DNA of 64,000 bases from Pseudomonadota bacterium (GCA_040384885.1 JAZKIN010000135.1:16070-80069), one strand, 5' to 3'. Positions 1 to 10,017 are shown, counted from the stretch's first letter. Made by a program: numbers and translations. The notes: generated by a model not told the origin, from the sequence alone.

Positions 1-683
1 TCACGCAAAGTGCTGCCGCCTTGCACAATTGCGGCCGCGAGCACCTCGCGGATGGCCGCGGCGAGCTTGTCGCAGCGTGCGCGCCCGATCCGCGCGGCCG
101 AGGTCTTCGGGTTGATGCCCGCCCTGAACAAGCTTTCACAGGCGTAAATGTTGCCGACTCCGACAACGATATCGCCCGCCAGCAACACCTGCTTGATCGG
201 GGCGCTGCGGCGCCGGCTTTCGCGGTACAGCAGCGCGCCCGAAAACGCCTCCTCGAGCGGCTCGACGCCTAGCCCGCGCAGCAACAGGTGGGCGCCGACC
301 TCGCCGTCCTCGTGCGCGTGCCAGAGCACGGCGCCGAAGCGGCGCGGGTCGGTCAGGCGCAGCACCTGCGGGCCGGCGCCGGCGCCGTCGACGACGAGCT
401 CGAAGTGGTCGTGCTTGCCGGCAGGCACCCCAAGCGGCAGCACGCGCAGGTGGCCCGACATGCCGAGGTGGATGATCAGGGTGCCGTGGGCGAAGCCGAT
501 CAGCAGGTATTTGCCGCGCCGCCCCGTGTGCAGGATGCGCCGGCCGGCGAGCAGGGCCGACAGGCCGGGCGGGAACGGCCAGCGCAGGCCGTCGCGCCGG
601 GTCAGCACGGATTCGACGAGGCGGCCGTCGATATGGGGGGCCACGCCGCGGCGCGTGACTTCGACTTCGGGCAGTTCTGGCAT
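1..683 (-). CDS. mutM: Formamidopyrimidine-DNA glycosylase (5' part, runs off window start)
   Basis: Reverse-strand ATG at 683 gives MPELPEVEVTRRG, the Fpg N-terminal PELPEVE motif, followed by RRGKYL, HLGMSG, DPRRFG and GVGNIY. Not listed in the ORF track. Confidence 0.96.
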   Translation of the reverse strand, partial: MPELPEVEVTRRGVAPHIDGRLVESVLTRRDGLRWPFPPGLSALLAGRRILHTGRRGKYLLIGFAHGTLIIHLGMSGHLRVLPLGVPAGKHDHFELVVDGAGAGPQVLRLTDPRRFGAVLWHAHEDGEVGAHLLLRGLGVEPLEEAFSGALLYRESRRRSAPIKQVLLAGDIVVGVGNIYACESLFRAGINPKTSAARIGRARCDKLAAAIREVLAAAIVQGGSTLR

Positions 684-800
684 GGCAGGTCTTGGGTCGG
701 TGGGGCGCGCCGCAGCGCGGCGCCGGTGTTCGCATTGCCCATGCGCACGTTGCGCGGGCTTCGGCGTAGAATCAGGCATCACCGTCTAGTTGGGATCGCC

Positions 801-2723
801 TTGAAAAACGCTTTCGTCATTGTAACTCTTAGCGGCCTGCTGTCGGCGCCCGCCGTGGCGTCCGGGCAAGCCGCGCCCGCCGTGCCGTCAGGTCAAGCGG
901 CCCGCGCCTTCGCCTTTGGGCCAGCCGCGCCTGCCGGGCCAGCCGGGCCGGCGTTGGCGCCCGGGCAAGGCGCGCCTGCGGGAGCATCCGGGCAAGGCGC
1001 GCCTGCCGTCGCGACCGGGCCAGCCGCGACGGCGTTGGCACCCGGGCAAGCCGCGCCCGCGACCGCGCCGGCAAGCGCCGCGCCCGAGGCCGAGCCGGCG
1101 CCGCCGAACTTGCCGCTCAGCGGCGACCTTTTGTACAAAATCGTCAAGGCGGAGCTCGAATTCGACAAGGACAACTGGCAGGCGCCGTACCGCGCGATGC
1201 TGGCGCTGGCGCGCGAGACGCGCGACGGCCGCCTGGCCCAGCGTGCCGCCGACATGGCGCTGAGCGCGCGCCGGCCCGACCAGGCGCTCGCGGCGGCCCG
1301 GCTGTGGAGCACGCTCGTGCCCGGATCGCCCGAGGCGCAGCGTTATTTCCTGGGGCTGGTGGTGCTGTCGGAACGCCAGGCCGAGGCCGAGCCGATGCTC
1401 AGGCTGCGCCTGCAGGGCGCGACCCCGGAGGCGCGCAACGCGATGCTCGACCAGACCCAGCAACTGCTGGCCGGCGCGCGCGACCGCCCCGCCGCCGGCG
1501 CGATGCTCGCGCGCCTGTTCGCCCCGTATGCGAACACCGAGCGGGCCCGGGTGGCGCTCGCGCGCGACGCCCACGAGCGCGGCCAGGTCGCGCTCGCGCT
1601 GCGCGAGGCGCAGGCCGCGCGCGCGCTCGCGCCCGATTCGGAACTGGCCGCGCTGATGCTGGCCAAGGTGACCCCCGACCCGGTCGCCGCGGCGGCCGTG
1701 CTGGCCGAATTCCTCGGCACCCACGCGCAGGCGGTCCCGGCGCGCCTGGCCTACGCCAGGATGCTGATCGACCAGCGCCGCTACGTCGAGGCGCGCGCGC
1801 AATTCGCGGCCCTGCACGAGGGCCAGCCCGACAACCCCGACGCGCTGTACGCGCTCGGCATCATGTCGGTCCAGCTCGACGACAACGCCGCCGCCGAGGG
1901 CTACCTGCTGCGCTACACCGAGGTCATGGCCGCGCAGCCGGACCCGGAGCGCGACGTGGCCAAGGTGTTCATGTTGCTCGCGCAACTGGCCGACCAGCGC
2001 AAGGCGCCCGACGCCGCGCTCGGCTGGCTAGCGAAGATCGGGCCGGACGAGCCGGAGGCGCACTTCCGGGCCCAGCTGCGGCGCGCCGAGCTGATCGGCA
2101 AGCAGGGCAGGCTGGACGAGGCGCGCGGCGTGCTCGACGCGCTCGCCGCGCCGACCCCGTCCGCGCAGGCGCAGGTGGTCACGGCCAAGGCGCAACTGCT
2201 GCAAGAGGCGGGCCAGATCGAGGCGGCCTACGCGGTGTTGCAGGCCGGCGCGCTGCGCTTCCCGCAAGACAGCGACTTGCTGTACGACTTCGCGCTGATG
2301 GCCGAAAAGGCCGGCCGCCACAACGTCATGGAGCGCACCCTGCGCGCGGTCATCGCGCAGGCGCCCGACAAGCACCACGCCTACAACGCGCTCGGCTATT
2401 CGCTGGCCGAGCGCAAGCTGCGCCTGCCCGAGGCGCTGGCCCTGATCGCCAAGGCGCTCGCGCTGGCGCCGGACGACCCGTTCATCATGGACAGCATGGG
2501 CTGGGTCCAGTACCGGATGGGCAAGCTCGTGCTGGCCGAAGAGTATTTGCGGCGCGCGTATGCGCTGCGCAGTGATCCGGACATCGGCGTGCACCTGGGC
2601 GAAGTGCTGTGGCAGCAGGGCAGGCAAGACGAAGCGCGCGCCCTGTGGCGGGCCGCGCGCGAACGCGATCCGAAGAACGACACGCTCAAGAGCACGTTGG
2701 CGCGGCTCAGTCCGGGGTTTTGA
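801..2723 (+). CDS. Tetratricopeptide repeat protein with signal peptide and Ala/Pro/Gly-rich repeat linker
   Basis: TTG start at 801 within ORF 288..2723. Hydrophobic signal peptide, TPR motifs (AYNALGYSLAER, DSMGWVQYRMG, HLGEVLW) and the conserved position between mutM and lolB. Confidence 0.88.
   Translation: MKNAFVIVTLSGLLSAPAVASGQAAPAVPSGQAARAFAFGPAAPAGPAGPALAPGQGAPAGASGQGAPAVATGPAATALAPGQAAPATAPASAAPEAEPAPPNLPLSGDLLYKIVKAELEFDKDNWQAPYRAMLALARETRDGRLAQRAADMALSARRPDQALAAARLWSTLVPGSPEAQRYFLGLVVLSERQAEAEPMLRLRLQGATPEARNAMLDQTQQLLAGARDRPAAGAMLARLFAPYANTERARVALARDAHERGQVALALREAQAARALAPDSELAALMLAKVTPDPVAAAAVLAEFLGTHAQAVPARLAYARMLIDQRRYVEARAQFAALHEGQPDNPDALYALGIMSVQLDDNAAAEGYLLRYTEVMAAQPDPERDVAKVFMLLAQLADQRKAPDAALGWLAKIGPDEPEAHFRAQLRRAELIGKQGRLDEARGVLDALAAPTPSAQAQVVTAKAQLLQEAGQIEAAYAVLQAGALRFPQDSDLLYDFALMAEKAGRHNVMERTLRAVIAQAPDKHHAYNALGYSLAERKLRLPEALALIAKALALAPDDPFIMDSMGWVQYRMGKLVLAEEYLRRAYALRSDPDIGVHLGEVLWQQGRQDEARALWRAARERDPKNDTLKSTLARLSPGF
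861..1090 (+). repeat. Degenerate ~27-bp in-frame tandem repeat (9-aa units such as SGQAAPAVP, PGQGAPAGA)
   Basis: Recurring CCGGGCAAG(C/G)CGCGCC units visible in the sequence. Confidence 0.75.
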
Positions 2724-2775
2724 CAGGGGCCGGCGCTGCCTGCCGCGCGACGTTCAGAATTCGTCTTTGAAATGC

Positions 2776-2953
2776 CAGAAATCGCGAAGTGACGAGCTCC
2801 TAAAAAACTCAAACCAACATCGTCCTCGCGAAGGCGGTGGCGCATGCGCCACCCCCATAGAACGGCGGCTCAAAGCAACTGTTCTATGGGTCCCCGCATT
2901 CGCGAGGACGATGTTGGTTTATGATTTTTACGGTTTCCCCGTTACGATTTCTG
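2776..2953. repeat. REP-doublet (REPIN/MITE-like) long hairpin, copy 1
   Basis: Perfect 20-bp inverted repeat AAACCAACATCGTCCTCGCG (2811-2830) / 2901-2920, inner CCCATAGAAC/GTTCTATGGG and outer CAGAAATCG/CGATTTCTG. Homologous to 47010-47094. Confidence 0.85.
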
Positions 2954-3083
2954 AAGCGTTTAGGCGACCGCCGTCCAGCCCGATTTGACAAGTGCGCAAC
3001 AGCGTGCCGTTGTGCGCGATAATGCGCCTTTGCGGGCGGTCAGTCCGCGCCGCCTTCCACCAATTTTCCAACCCGGTCCAGCC

Positions 3084-3698
3084 ATGCCCCTGATGCTTCG
3101 TTCAAGACTCAAGACCCTGTCCCTGCTGGCCTGCGCCGGCCTGATGCTTGCCGCCTGCGCCACGCCGGGCGGCTACACCTCGCAGGCGAACGTCGCGCCG
3201 TACCGCGAAACGATCGACCTCAGCGGACGCCTGTCGGTCAACTACCAGAAGGACGGCAACCCCGAAACCATCAGCGTCAAATTCACATGGGCGCAGGTGC
3301 CCGGACGCATCAACCTCGACCTCGCCACGCCGCTCGGGCAGACGGTGGCACAGATCAGCGTCACGCCCGATTCCGCCACCTTGACGCAAGCCAACCAGGC
3401 CCCGCGCGTGGCCGCCGACATCGATTCGCTCACGCGCCAGACGCTGGGTTGGTCGCTGCCGGTGTCGGGCCTGCGCGACTGGGTGCAGGGCTACGCGACC
3501 GACGCGGGCGGCGCGCGCTTCGCCGCCTCGCCGGCGCGCCACAGCGTCACCACGCAGGATGGCTGGCGCCTGAGCTTCGTGTCGTGGCAGGACCCCGACG
3601 CGGCCCGGCCCGTGCCCAAGCGCATCGACGCCGAGCGCAGCGCGACCGCCACCGCCGACGCGCTCGTGATCCGCATCGTGCTCGACCCGCAGGCATGA
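3084..3698 (+). CDS. lolB: Outer-membrane lipoprotein LolB
   Basis: Lipobox LAAC, LolB motifs (GRLSV, TPLGQT, LGWSLPVSGLRDW, QDGW), located upstream of ispE. Confidence 0.9.
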   Translation: MPLMLRSRLKTLSLLACAGLMLAACATPGGYTSQANVAPYRETIDLSGRLSVNYQKDGNPETISVKFTWAQVPGRINLDLATPLGQTVAQISVTPDSATLTQANQAPRVAADIDSLTRQTLGWSLPVSGLRDWVQGYATDAGGARFAASPARHSVTTQDGWRLSFVSWQDPDAARPVPKRIDAERSATATADALVIRIVLDPQA

Positions 3699-4633
3699 TG
3701 GGCGACGTCAGCAACGACCGCAGCAAGGAACCGGGCGACCGCCTGCACGATTGCCCGGCGCCGGCCAAACTCAACCTGTTCCTGCACGTGACGGGCCGCC
3801 GCGCCGACGGCTACCACCTGCTGCAGACCGTGTTCCAGATGCTCGACCATGGCGACCTGCTGCACTTCGACCTGCGCGCCGACGAGCGCATCGTGCGCAC
3901 CACCGAGGTGCCCGGCGTGCCCGAGCAGCACGACCTGATCGTGCGCGCCCTGCTGCTGCTGCAGGCCGAGTACCTGCGCCGCCACGGCGGCCTGCCGCCC
4001 GGGGTCGACGTCGCGATCGACAAAATATTGCCGATGGGCGGCGGCCTCGGCGGCGGCTCGTCCGACGCCGCGACCGCGCTCATGGCGCTCAACCACCTGT
4101 GGCGCGCGGGCCTCACGCAACAAGAGCTCATGGCGCTGAGCCTGCCGCTGGGGGCCGATATCCCGTTCTTCATCTTCGGCCAGACCGCGTTCGCCGAGGG
4201 CGTGGGCGAGGCGCTGCAGGCGGTCGGGGTGCCCGATTGCTGGTACGTGGTGCTCGAGCCGGGCGTCGCCGTGCCGACCGCGGCAATTTTTTGCGCGGAA
4301 GATTTGACAAGGGACGCGATACCGGTCAGAATAGCGGACTTTTCCAGACACATGAAGACGCGGGTCGGTCTGACAGGGTTCGGAAGGAATGATTTGCAGG
4401 CAGTTGCGTCACGTTTATTCGCGCCGGTGGCACAGGCGATTGAATGGCTAGGCGCATACGGCGAAGCGAGAATGACCGGTTCAGGAGCGTGCGTGTTTTG
4501 CGCGTTTTCCAGCGAGGCGCAAGCCGACGCGGTGCTCACGAAAGTGCCCGCAGCCTGGAAAGCCTGGAAGGCCCGATCGTTGCAGCGCCACCCCTTGCGG
4601 GCCGCCATGCAAACTCAGCAAGATGTAGAATAA
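3695..4633 (+). CDS. ispE: 4-diphosphocytidyl-2-C-methyl-D-erythritol kinase
   Basis: PAPAKLNLFLH, DGYHLLQTVF, PMGGGLGGGSSDAA, GADIPFF and MTGSGACVF motifs. Confidence 0.97.
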   Translation: MMGDVSNDRSKEPGDRLHDCPAPAKLNLFLHVTGRRADGYHLLQTVFQMLDHGDLLHFDLRADERIVRTTEVPGVPEQHDLIVRALLLLQAEYLRRHGGLPPGVDVAIDKILPMGGGLGGGSSDAATALMALNHLWRAGLTQQELMALSLPLGADIPFFIFGQTAFAEGVGEALQAVGVPDCWYVVLEPGVAVPTAAIFCAEDLTRDAIPVRIADFSRHMKTRVGLTGFGRNDLQAVASRLFAPVAQAIEWLGAYGEARMTGSGACVFCAFSSEAQADAVLTKVPAAWKAWKARSLQRHPLRAAMQTQQDVE

Positions 4634-4697
4634 ATTTGGCTTGACGTTGGTTTTGACGATAAAATGCGTCTCTGTAACGGCAAGCAGTCAGTTGCGT

Positions 4698-4774
4698 AGG
4701 GGAATCGCCAAGTTGGTTAAGGCACCGGATTTTGATTCCGGCATCCGAAGGTTCGAGTCCTTCTTCCCCTGCCA
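4698..4774 (+). tRNA. tRNA-Gln(UUG)
   Basis: AGGGGAA acceptor stem pairing with TTCCCCT, anticodon arm CCGGA-TTTTGAT-TCCGG, GGTTCGAGTCC T-loop, encoded CCA and the typical ispE-prs location. Confidence 0.97.
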
Positions 4775-4920
4775 TTCGTTTAGCCTGACCTGTCGATGCG
4801 ATGTTGGCATCCAGCAGGCGAACATGGTGGTACCGCCCCCGGCGGATCATCTTTTAGCACATCGCTGGCCCCCGGCCGGCGACTTTCAAGTATCAACGCT
4901 TTTCTTCTCTTGGGACTCCC

Positions 4921-5871
4921 ATGGCTTACGAAAACCTGATGGTTTTTACCGGCAACGCAAACCCGGCGCTGGCAGAAGGAGTCGCAAAAAATCTCGGCAT
5001 CCCCCTCGGCAAGGCAGTCGTCTCGAAGTTCTCGGACGGCGAAGTGATGGTCGAGATTAACGAAAACGTGCGCGGCAAAGACGTGTTCGTGCTGCAGTCG
5101 ACCTGTGCGCCGACCAACGACAGCCTGATGGAAATCATCCTCATGGTCGACGCCCTCAAGCGCGCGTCGGCCGGCCGCATCACCGCCGCCATCCCGTATT
5201 TCGGTTACGCCCGCCAGGACCGCCGCCCGCGTTCGGCGCGCGTCGCGATCTCGGCCAAGGTGGTCGCCAACATGCTCGAAAAAGCCGGCGTCGAACGGGT
5301 CCTGATCATGGACCTGCACGCGGACCAGATCCAGGGCTTCTTCGACATCCCGGTGGACAATATCTACGCTTCGCCGATCCTGCTCGGCGACCTGCAGAAA
5401 CGCAACTACGACGACCTGCTGGTCGTTTCGCCCGACGTCGGCGGCGTGGTGCGCGCGCGGGCCCTGGCCAAGCGCCTCGGCTGCGACCTGGCCATCATCG
5501 ACAAACGCCGTCCGAAGGCGAACGTGTCGGAAGTGATGAACATCATCGGCGAAGTCGAAGGACGCAACTGCGTGATCATGGATGACATGGTCGACACCGC
5601 CGGCACCCTGACCAAGGCGGCCGAGGTGCTCAAGGAGCGCGGCGCCAAGAAAGTGGTCGCCTACTGTACCCACCCGGTGCTGTCGGGCCCGGCGATCGAC
5701 CGCATCGCGGCCTCGCCGCTCGACGAGCTGGTGGTCACCGACACGATCCCGCTCTCGCAAGCCGCGCTCGCCTGCAGCAAGATCCGCCAACTGACCTGCG
5801 CGCCGCTGCTGGCCGAGACCTTCAAGCGCATCAGCAAGGGCGATTCGGTGATGTCGCTGTTCATCGACTAA
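4921..5871 (+). CDS. prs: Ribose-phosphate pyrophosphokinase
   Basis: [33 protein letters not shown] and DDMVDTAGT motifs. Confidence 0.98.
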   Translation: MAYENLMVFTGNANPALAEGVAKNLGIPLGKAVVSKFSDGEVMVEINENVRGKDVFVLQSTCAPTNDSLMEIILMVDALKRASAGRITAAIPYFGYARQDRRPRSARVAISAKVVANMLEKAGVERVLIMDLHADQIQGFFDIPVDNIYASPILLGDLQKRNYDDLLVVSPDVGGVVRARALAKRLGCDLAIIDKRRPKANVSEVMNIIGEVEGRNCVIMDDMVDTAGTLTKAAEVLKERGAKKVVAYCTHPVLSGPAIDRIAASPLDELVVTDTIPLSQAALACSKIRQLTCAPLLAETFKRISKGDSVMSLFID

Positions 5872-6010
5872 GTTTTAATGACGGCCTCCCCGGTGTTGGG
5901 GTGGTTGCAAAAAAGTTTGAAACACACACGGCGCGCCCGCTCCAAAGCTGGCAGCGCCGTTGTGCTTTTACCGGTTTTTCTTTGGGCGCAGTCTTGCGCC
6001 CGACAACGAA

Positions 6011-6076
6011 GGGCCCCTGGTCGCGGGGGCTGTTCACCACGCGGGACGTTTTGTCCCGCATATTTTGGAGCTTCAA
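6011..6076 (+). promoter_or_regulatory. Putative rplY (L25) leader hairpin
   Basis: Hairpin GCCCCTGGTCGCGGGGGC (6013-6030) with a GGTCGC loop upstream of rplY. It resembles the autoregulatory rplY leader of proteobacteria (recalled, not verified). Confidence 0.4.
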
Positions 6077-6706
6077 ATGAAAGTTATCGCATTCAATCGC
6101 ACGTTGCAGGGGTCCGGAGCGAGCCGCCGCCTGCGTACTGCTGGGCAAACTCCCGGCATCATCTACGGTGGCGCCGAAGCCCCGGTCATGATCGCACTGG
6201 ACGGCAACGCCCTGTGGCACGCGCTCAAAAAAGAAGCGTTCCACGGTTCGATCCTGGACCTCGAGATCGACGGCACCAGCCAGCAAGTGCTGCTGCGCGA
6301 CTTCCAGATGCACGCGTACAAGCAATTGGTCCTGCACGCCGACTTCCAGCGCGTCGACGCGTCGACCAAAGTGCACAAGAAGGTCGCACTGCACTTCGCC
6401 AACGCCGAAGTTTCGCCAGCGGTCAAGCTGCACGGCGCGATCGTCTCGCACGTGATGGCCGAGTTGGACGTCTCCTGCCTGCCAGCCGACCTGCCAGAGT
6501 TCATCACCGTTGACCTCGCAAACATCGACGTCGGCCATTCGGTCCACGTGGCCGACCTGGTCCTGCCAAAAGGCGTGACCGTGATCACCCACGGCAAGAA
6601 CCAGACCGTCGCCACCGCGTCGGTACCGGCCGGCCACGTGTCCGCCGAAGCGACCGCAAGCGCCGAAGCCGCACCTGCCAAGGGCGCTGCCAAGTCGAAG
6701 AAGTAA
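6077..6706 (+). CDS. rplY: 50S ribosomal protein L25 / general stress protein Ctc
   Basis: [23 protein letters not shown] and [10 protein letters not shown] motifs, in prs-rplY-pth order. Confidence 0.97.
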   Translation: MKVIAFNRTLQGSGASRRLRTAGQTPGIIYGGAEAPVMIALDGNALWHALKKEAFHGSILDLEIDGTSQQVLLRDFQMHAYKQLVLHADFQRVDASTKVHKKVALHFANAEVSPAVKLHGAIVSHVMAELDVSCLPADLPEFITVDLANIDVGHSVHVADLVLPKGVTVITHGKNQTVATASVPAGHVSAEATASAEAAPAKGAAKSKK

Positions 6707-6754
6707 TTCGCCTGCCGCAAGCAGTGCAGCTGCAAGCTTGCGGCTTGCGAAACG

Positions 6755-6791
6755 AAAAAGCCCGCCAGCAACTGCTGAGCGGGTTTTTTTT
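6755..6791 (+). terminator. Rho-independent terminator after rplY
   Basis: AAAAAGCCCG..CAGCA-AC-TGCTG..CGGGTTTTTTTT hairpin with U-tract. Confidence 0.8.
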
Positions 6792-6843
6792 ATGCGCCGT
6801 TTTACGCCATAATCACTGACCGCAATACTATTTTGAGAGCAAC

Positions 6844-7428
6844 ATGGCAATTCGCCTCATCGTCGGACTGGGCAACCCCGGTGCCGAATACGAACAAACC
6901 CGCCACAACGCCGGATTCTGGCTCGTCGACCAACTCGCCAACAGCCTGCCGGGCTGCCGCCTGCAACGCGAGTCGCGCTTCAACGCCATGGTCGGCAAGG
7001 GCGTCATCGCCGGGCACGAGGTGTGGCTGCTCGAGCCGCAGACCTTCATGAACCGCTCGGGCCAGTCGGTCGGCGCGCTGGCGCGCTTTTACAAGATCAA
7101 CCCCGACGAGGTGCTGGTCGTCCACGACGAGCTCGACATCGCGCCGGGCCTGGCCAAGATCAAGAAGGGCGGCTCGGCCGGGGGCCACAACGGACTCAAG
7201 GACATCATCGCCGCGCTCGGCACGCAGGATTACTGGCGCTTGCGCCTGGGCATCGGCCACCCGCGCACGAGCGCCTCGCAGCAGGCCGTGGCCGACTACG
7301 TGCTGCACCGCCCGCGCAAGGAGGAGCAGGTGCTCATCGAGGAGTCGATCGAGAAGAGCCTGCGCGTCATCCCGCTCGTGTGCGAAGGCAAGTTCGACAC
7401 GGCCACGATGCAACTCCACACGGTCTAG
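6844..7428 (+). CDS. pth: Peptidyl-tRNA hydrolase
   Basis: [35 protein letters not shown] and RLRLGIGHP motifs. Confidence 0.98.
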   Translation: MAIRLIVGLGNPGAEYEQTRHNAGFWLVDQLANSLPGCRLQRESRFNAMVGKGVIAGHEVWLLEPQTFMNRSGQSVGALARFYKINPDEVLVVHDELDIAPGLAKIKKGGSAGGHNGLKDIIAALGTQDYWRLRLGIGHPRTSASQQAVADYVLHRPRKEEQVLIEESIEKSLRVIPLVCEGKFDTATMQLHTV

Positions 7429-7476
7429 CTTGCGTGCGCGCGCGACGCCAATTTTTGCAGTGCCGATAATTTCACG

Positions 7477-8571
7477 ATGAACGCTCTGAATTTCTTTGCA
7501 GGCCCCAAGGCGCTGTCGCACATCCGCAGCCACGGCCTGCGCGCGCGCGACGTCGCCGTGGTGCCGGCCGCCGCCGGCGGGCCCAAGGGCCTGATCTTCC
7601 AGTCGCTCGACCAATGGCTGTTTGGCGACTGGCTGCCCGCGGCGCCGCGCGAGCGCACCCTGATCGGCTCCTCGATCGGCGCCTGGCGCCTGGCAGCGGC
7701 CTGCCACCCCGACCCGGTCGCCGCGTTCGAGCGGCTCGGCCGCCTGTATTGCGACCAGCGCTACAGCGCCAAGCCCACACGCGACGAGATCGACCGCGTG
7801 TGCCGGCAACTATTGGACGACTTCCTCGGCGCCGACGCGGGCGAGGTCGCCAGCCATCCCCATTACCGGCTGCACCTGCTGGCCGTGCGCGGCCTGCGCC
7901 AGCTCGACGCGCCGCGGCACCGCTTCGCTGAAATGCGCGGCTTCGCGGCCGCCACCTTGCTCAACCTCGGCGCGCGCGAACGGCTCGCGCACATGTTGGA
8001 GCGCGTCGTCATCGGCGACGCGCGCGACCCGGCGCCGTGGCTGCGCGAAAAATTCGACGGCTTCACGACCCACTTCGCCGAGCTCAGCGGCGCCAACCTC
8101 GCGGCCGCGCTGCTCGCCTCGGGCACGCTGCCGCTGCTGATGAAACCGGTCGACGGCATCGCCGGCGCGCCGCCGGGCAGTTACTGGGACGGCGGCATCA
8201 TCGACTACAATCTGGCGCTGCCGTACTCGCGCATCGCCGGCGCGGGCGAGGGCGAGCTCGTGCTTTACCCGCACTTCGGCGAGCACATCGTGCCCGGCTG
8301 GCTCGACAAAAGCCTGCCGTGGCGGCGCGCCGCGCGCGGGCCCAACCGGGGCTGGCTCGACAACGTGCTCATCGTCGCGCCGTCGCCGGGGTTCCTGCGC
8401 ACGCTGCCGCGCGCCAAGCTGCCCGACCGCAAGGACTTCAAGCATTACGGACTCGACCACGAAGCCCGCGGTGCCGCATGGCGGCGCGCGATCGCCGCGG
8501 GCGCCCGCTTGCGCGACGAATTCGCCGCGTTCGCCGAGCGGCCCGATTTGTCGCGCATCCTCCCGGTTTAA
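7477..8571 (+). CDS. Patatin-like phospholipase family protein
   Basis: Gly-rich AAGGPKG, GSSIG nucleophile elbow and DGG motif (YWDGGIIDY). Confidence 0.8.
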   Translation: MNALNFFAGPKALSHIRSHGLRARDVAVVPAAAGGPKGLIFQSLDQWLFGDWLPAAPRERTLIGSSIGAWRLAAACHPDPVAAFERLGRLYCDQRYSAKPTRDEIDRVCRQLLDDFLGADAGEVASHPHYRLHLLAVRGLRQLDAPRHRFAEMRGFAAATLLNLGARERLAHMLERVVIGDARDPAPWLREKFDGFTTHFAELSGANLAAALLASGTLPLLMKPVDGIAGAPPGSYWDGGIIDYNLALPYSRIAGAGEGELVLYPHFGEHIVPGWLDKSLPWRRAARGPNRGWLDNVLIVAPSPGFLRTLPRAKLPDRKDFKHYGLDHEARGAAWRRAIAAGARLRDEFAAFAERPDLSRILPV

Positions 8572-9000
8572 ATGATGGAAAAGTTCCGCAACCACTCGCA
8601 CTTCGCCAAACCGGCGCCCGTCAAGGCGTACCGGTTTCCGTTCGTCTGCGTCGGCTGCCGCAAATCGTTCAAATACCCGTCGAGCCTGCAAGTGAAGCAC
8701 TGCCCCCAGTGCAAGGAGCCGATGGTGATGCTGGGCCGGAAATTCTCGGCGCCGAAGTCGAAGGACCTCGCCCAGTGGGCCAAGGTGAAATTCCTGGTCG
8801 AGCATGGCTTCCGTTTTTACGCCGTCTACGAGCCCTCGCATTGGGGCGGCATGCGGGTCGTCGAATACCCGAAGACGCTGGCCGAAGCGCAGCAGTTTGT
8901 GGTCAAGCATGCGGCGGCGGTCGCCAATCAACGGCCCAATCACGCGCTGCTGCCGGAATCCGAGCAAGCCGCCAGTCCAGTTTCTACGTGTAAAGATTGA
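8572..9000 (+). CDS. Hypothetical zinc-ribbon protein (CxxC...CxxC)
   Basis: CVGCRKSFK...CPQCKEPM...GRKFSAPK. Starts immediately after the patatin stop. Confidence 0.75.
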   Translation: MMEKFRNHSHFAKPAPVKAYRFPFVCVGCRKSFKYPSSLQVKHCPQCKEPMVMLGRKFSAPKSKDLAQWAKVKFLVEHGFRFYAVYEPSHWGGMRVVEYPKTLAEAQQFVVKHAAAVANQRPNHALLPESEQAASPVSTCKD

Positions 9001-9072
9001 TCGGGATAATTCCAGGCCGCATACTCGCTTGTGCGCGCCGATCCGGCGCCTTGCCCCTGGGAGGGTAATGTT

Positions 9073-9483
9073 ATGATTTTTGCAACGCTGTTGATGGCCG
9101 CCGCACCTGCGATGGTGGTCGTGCGCGAGGACGACGTCAAAAGGGAAGAACCGCCGCCGCACGGCGCGATCGGCATGTCCACCGCCTACCGCATCAGCGA
9201 CGCGGTGCCGGCGCCGCGCGCGATGGAGTTCCGCAAACGCGTGCTCCATCCCGGCGCCGCGATCGGCTTGCACCGGATCGACCACGACGAGGTGTATTAC
9301 GTCCTCTCCGGCAGCGGTGAGGTCAGCGCCGACGGCACCACCGAACGGCTCGGGCCGGGGATGGCCGCCTACCTGTTCAAGGGCAGCACGGTCGGCATCC
9401 GGCAACTTGGCACGCAAGCGCTGTCGCTCATCGTCAGCTATCCCAACGCCGGCGCGGCCGCGATCCCAAGAGTCCCCAAGTGA
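9073..9483 (+). CDS. Cupin domain protein, probably exported
   Basis: Cupin motif GAAIGLH..DHDEVYYVLSGSG and a short hydrophobic N-terminus. GGAGG precedes the ATG. Confidence 0.8.
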   Translation: MIFATLLMAAAPAMVVVREDDVKREEPPPHGAIGMSTAYRISDAVPAPRAMEFRKRVLHPGAAIGLHRIDHDEVYYVLSGSGEVSADGTTERLGPGMAAYLFKGSTVGIRQLGTQALSLIVSYPNAGAAAIPRVPK

Positions 9484-10001
9484 GTTCGATTCGCGTAAAG
9501 GCGGTGGCCGTGTTGCGGCATGGCGATGCCTATCTCGTTGAATGTGGTGTCGATCCGGCCAGCGGCTACACTTTCTATCGGGCGGTCGGCGGTTCGCTTG
9601 AGTTTGGCGAAGGCGCCGAAGCCGCGGTGCGCCGCGAATGGCGCGAAGAACTCGCGCTCGCGCTGCCCGAACTTGCGCTTGCAGGCGTGCTCGAAAACAA
9701 CTTCACCTACGCCGGCCGGCCCGGCCACGAAATTGTGTTCGTCTACCTCGGCAGCGCCACGCCTGCCATAGCGTCCCTCCCGTCCGGTCACACGACAATC
9801 GATGCGGACGGAACGCTCCACCGGATCGAATGGATTCACCTGCCCGCAGCCCCTTCGACGGACCTGCCCTTGGTGCCTGGGGGCTGCTCGCCCTGCTTCG
9901 CGCCGCGCCATAGGCGCCAAATGTCGAGCCCGCCAGCTGACTGTGGCAATATGATGTACACAAGTGGTGCCTTGCCTCGTCCGTTCGTTAAACCCAGCTA
10001 A
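9480..10001 (+). CDS. NUDIX hydrolase, C-terminus apparently frameshifted (natural end probably 9913)
   Basis: Nudix box GGSLEFGEGAEAAVRREWREEL. GTGA overlap with the upstream stop. A G5 run at 9879-9883 shifts the frame away from GLLALLRAAP-stop. Confidence 0.8.
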   Translation: MSSIRVKAVAVLRHGDAYLVECGVDPASGYTFYRAVGGSLEFGEGAEAAVRREWREELALALPELALAGVLENNFTYAGRPGHEIVFVYLGSATPAIASLPSGHTTIDADGTLHRIEWIHLPAAPSTDLPLVPGGCSPCFAPRHRRQMSSPPADCGNMMYTSGALPRPFVKPS

Positions 10002-10017
10002 AAACCACCCCGACATC

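Noticed and set aside
288-800. N-terminal extension of the TPR ORF from 288
   Set aside because: It overlaps mutM on the opposite strand, and the signal peptide begins at the TTG at 801.
4698-4920. tRNA-Gln as an integration site for an island
   Set aside because: No integrase follows, I see no duplicated tRNA 3' end in the window, and prs is directly downstream.
9001-9050. Similarity to the ychF upstream region (GGCCGCA...TGTGCGC at ~13355-13385)
   Set aside because: Short, gapped and GC-rich, so it cannot be distinguished from chance.
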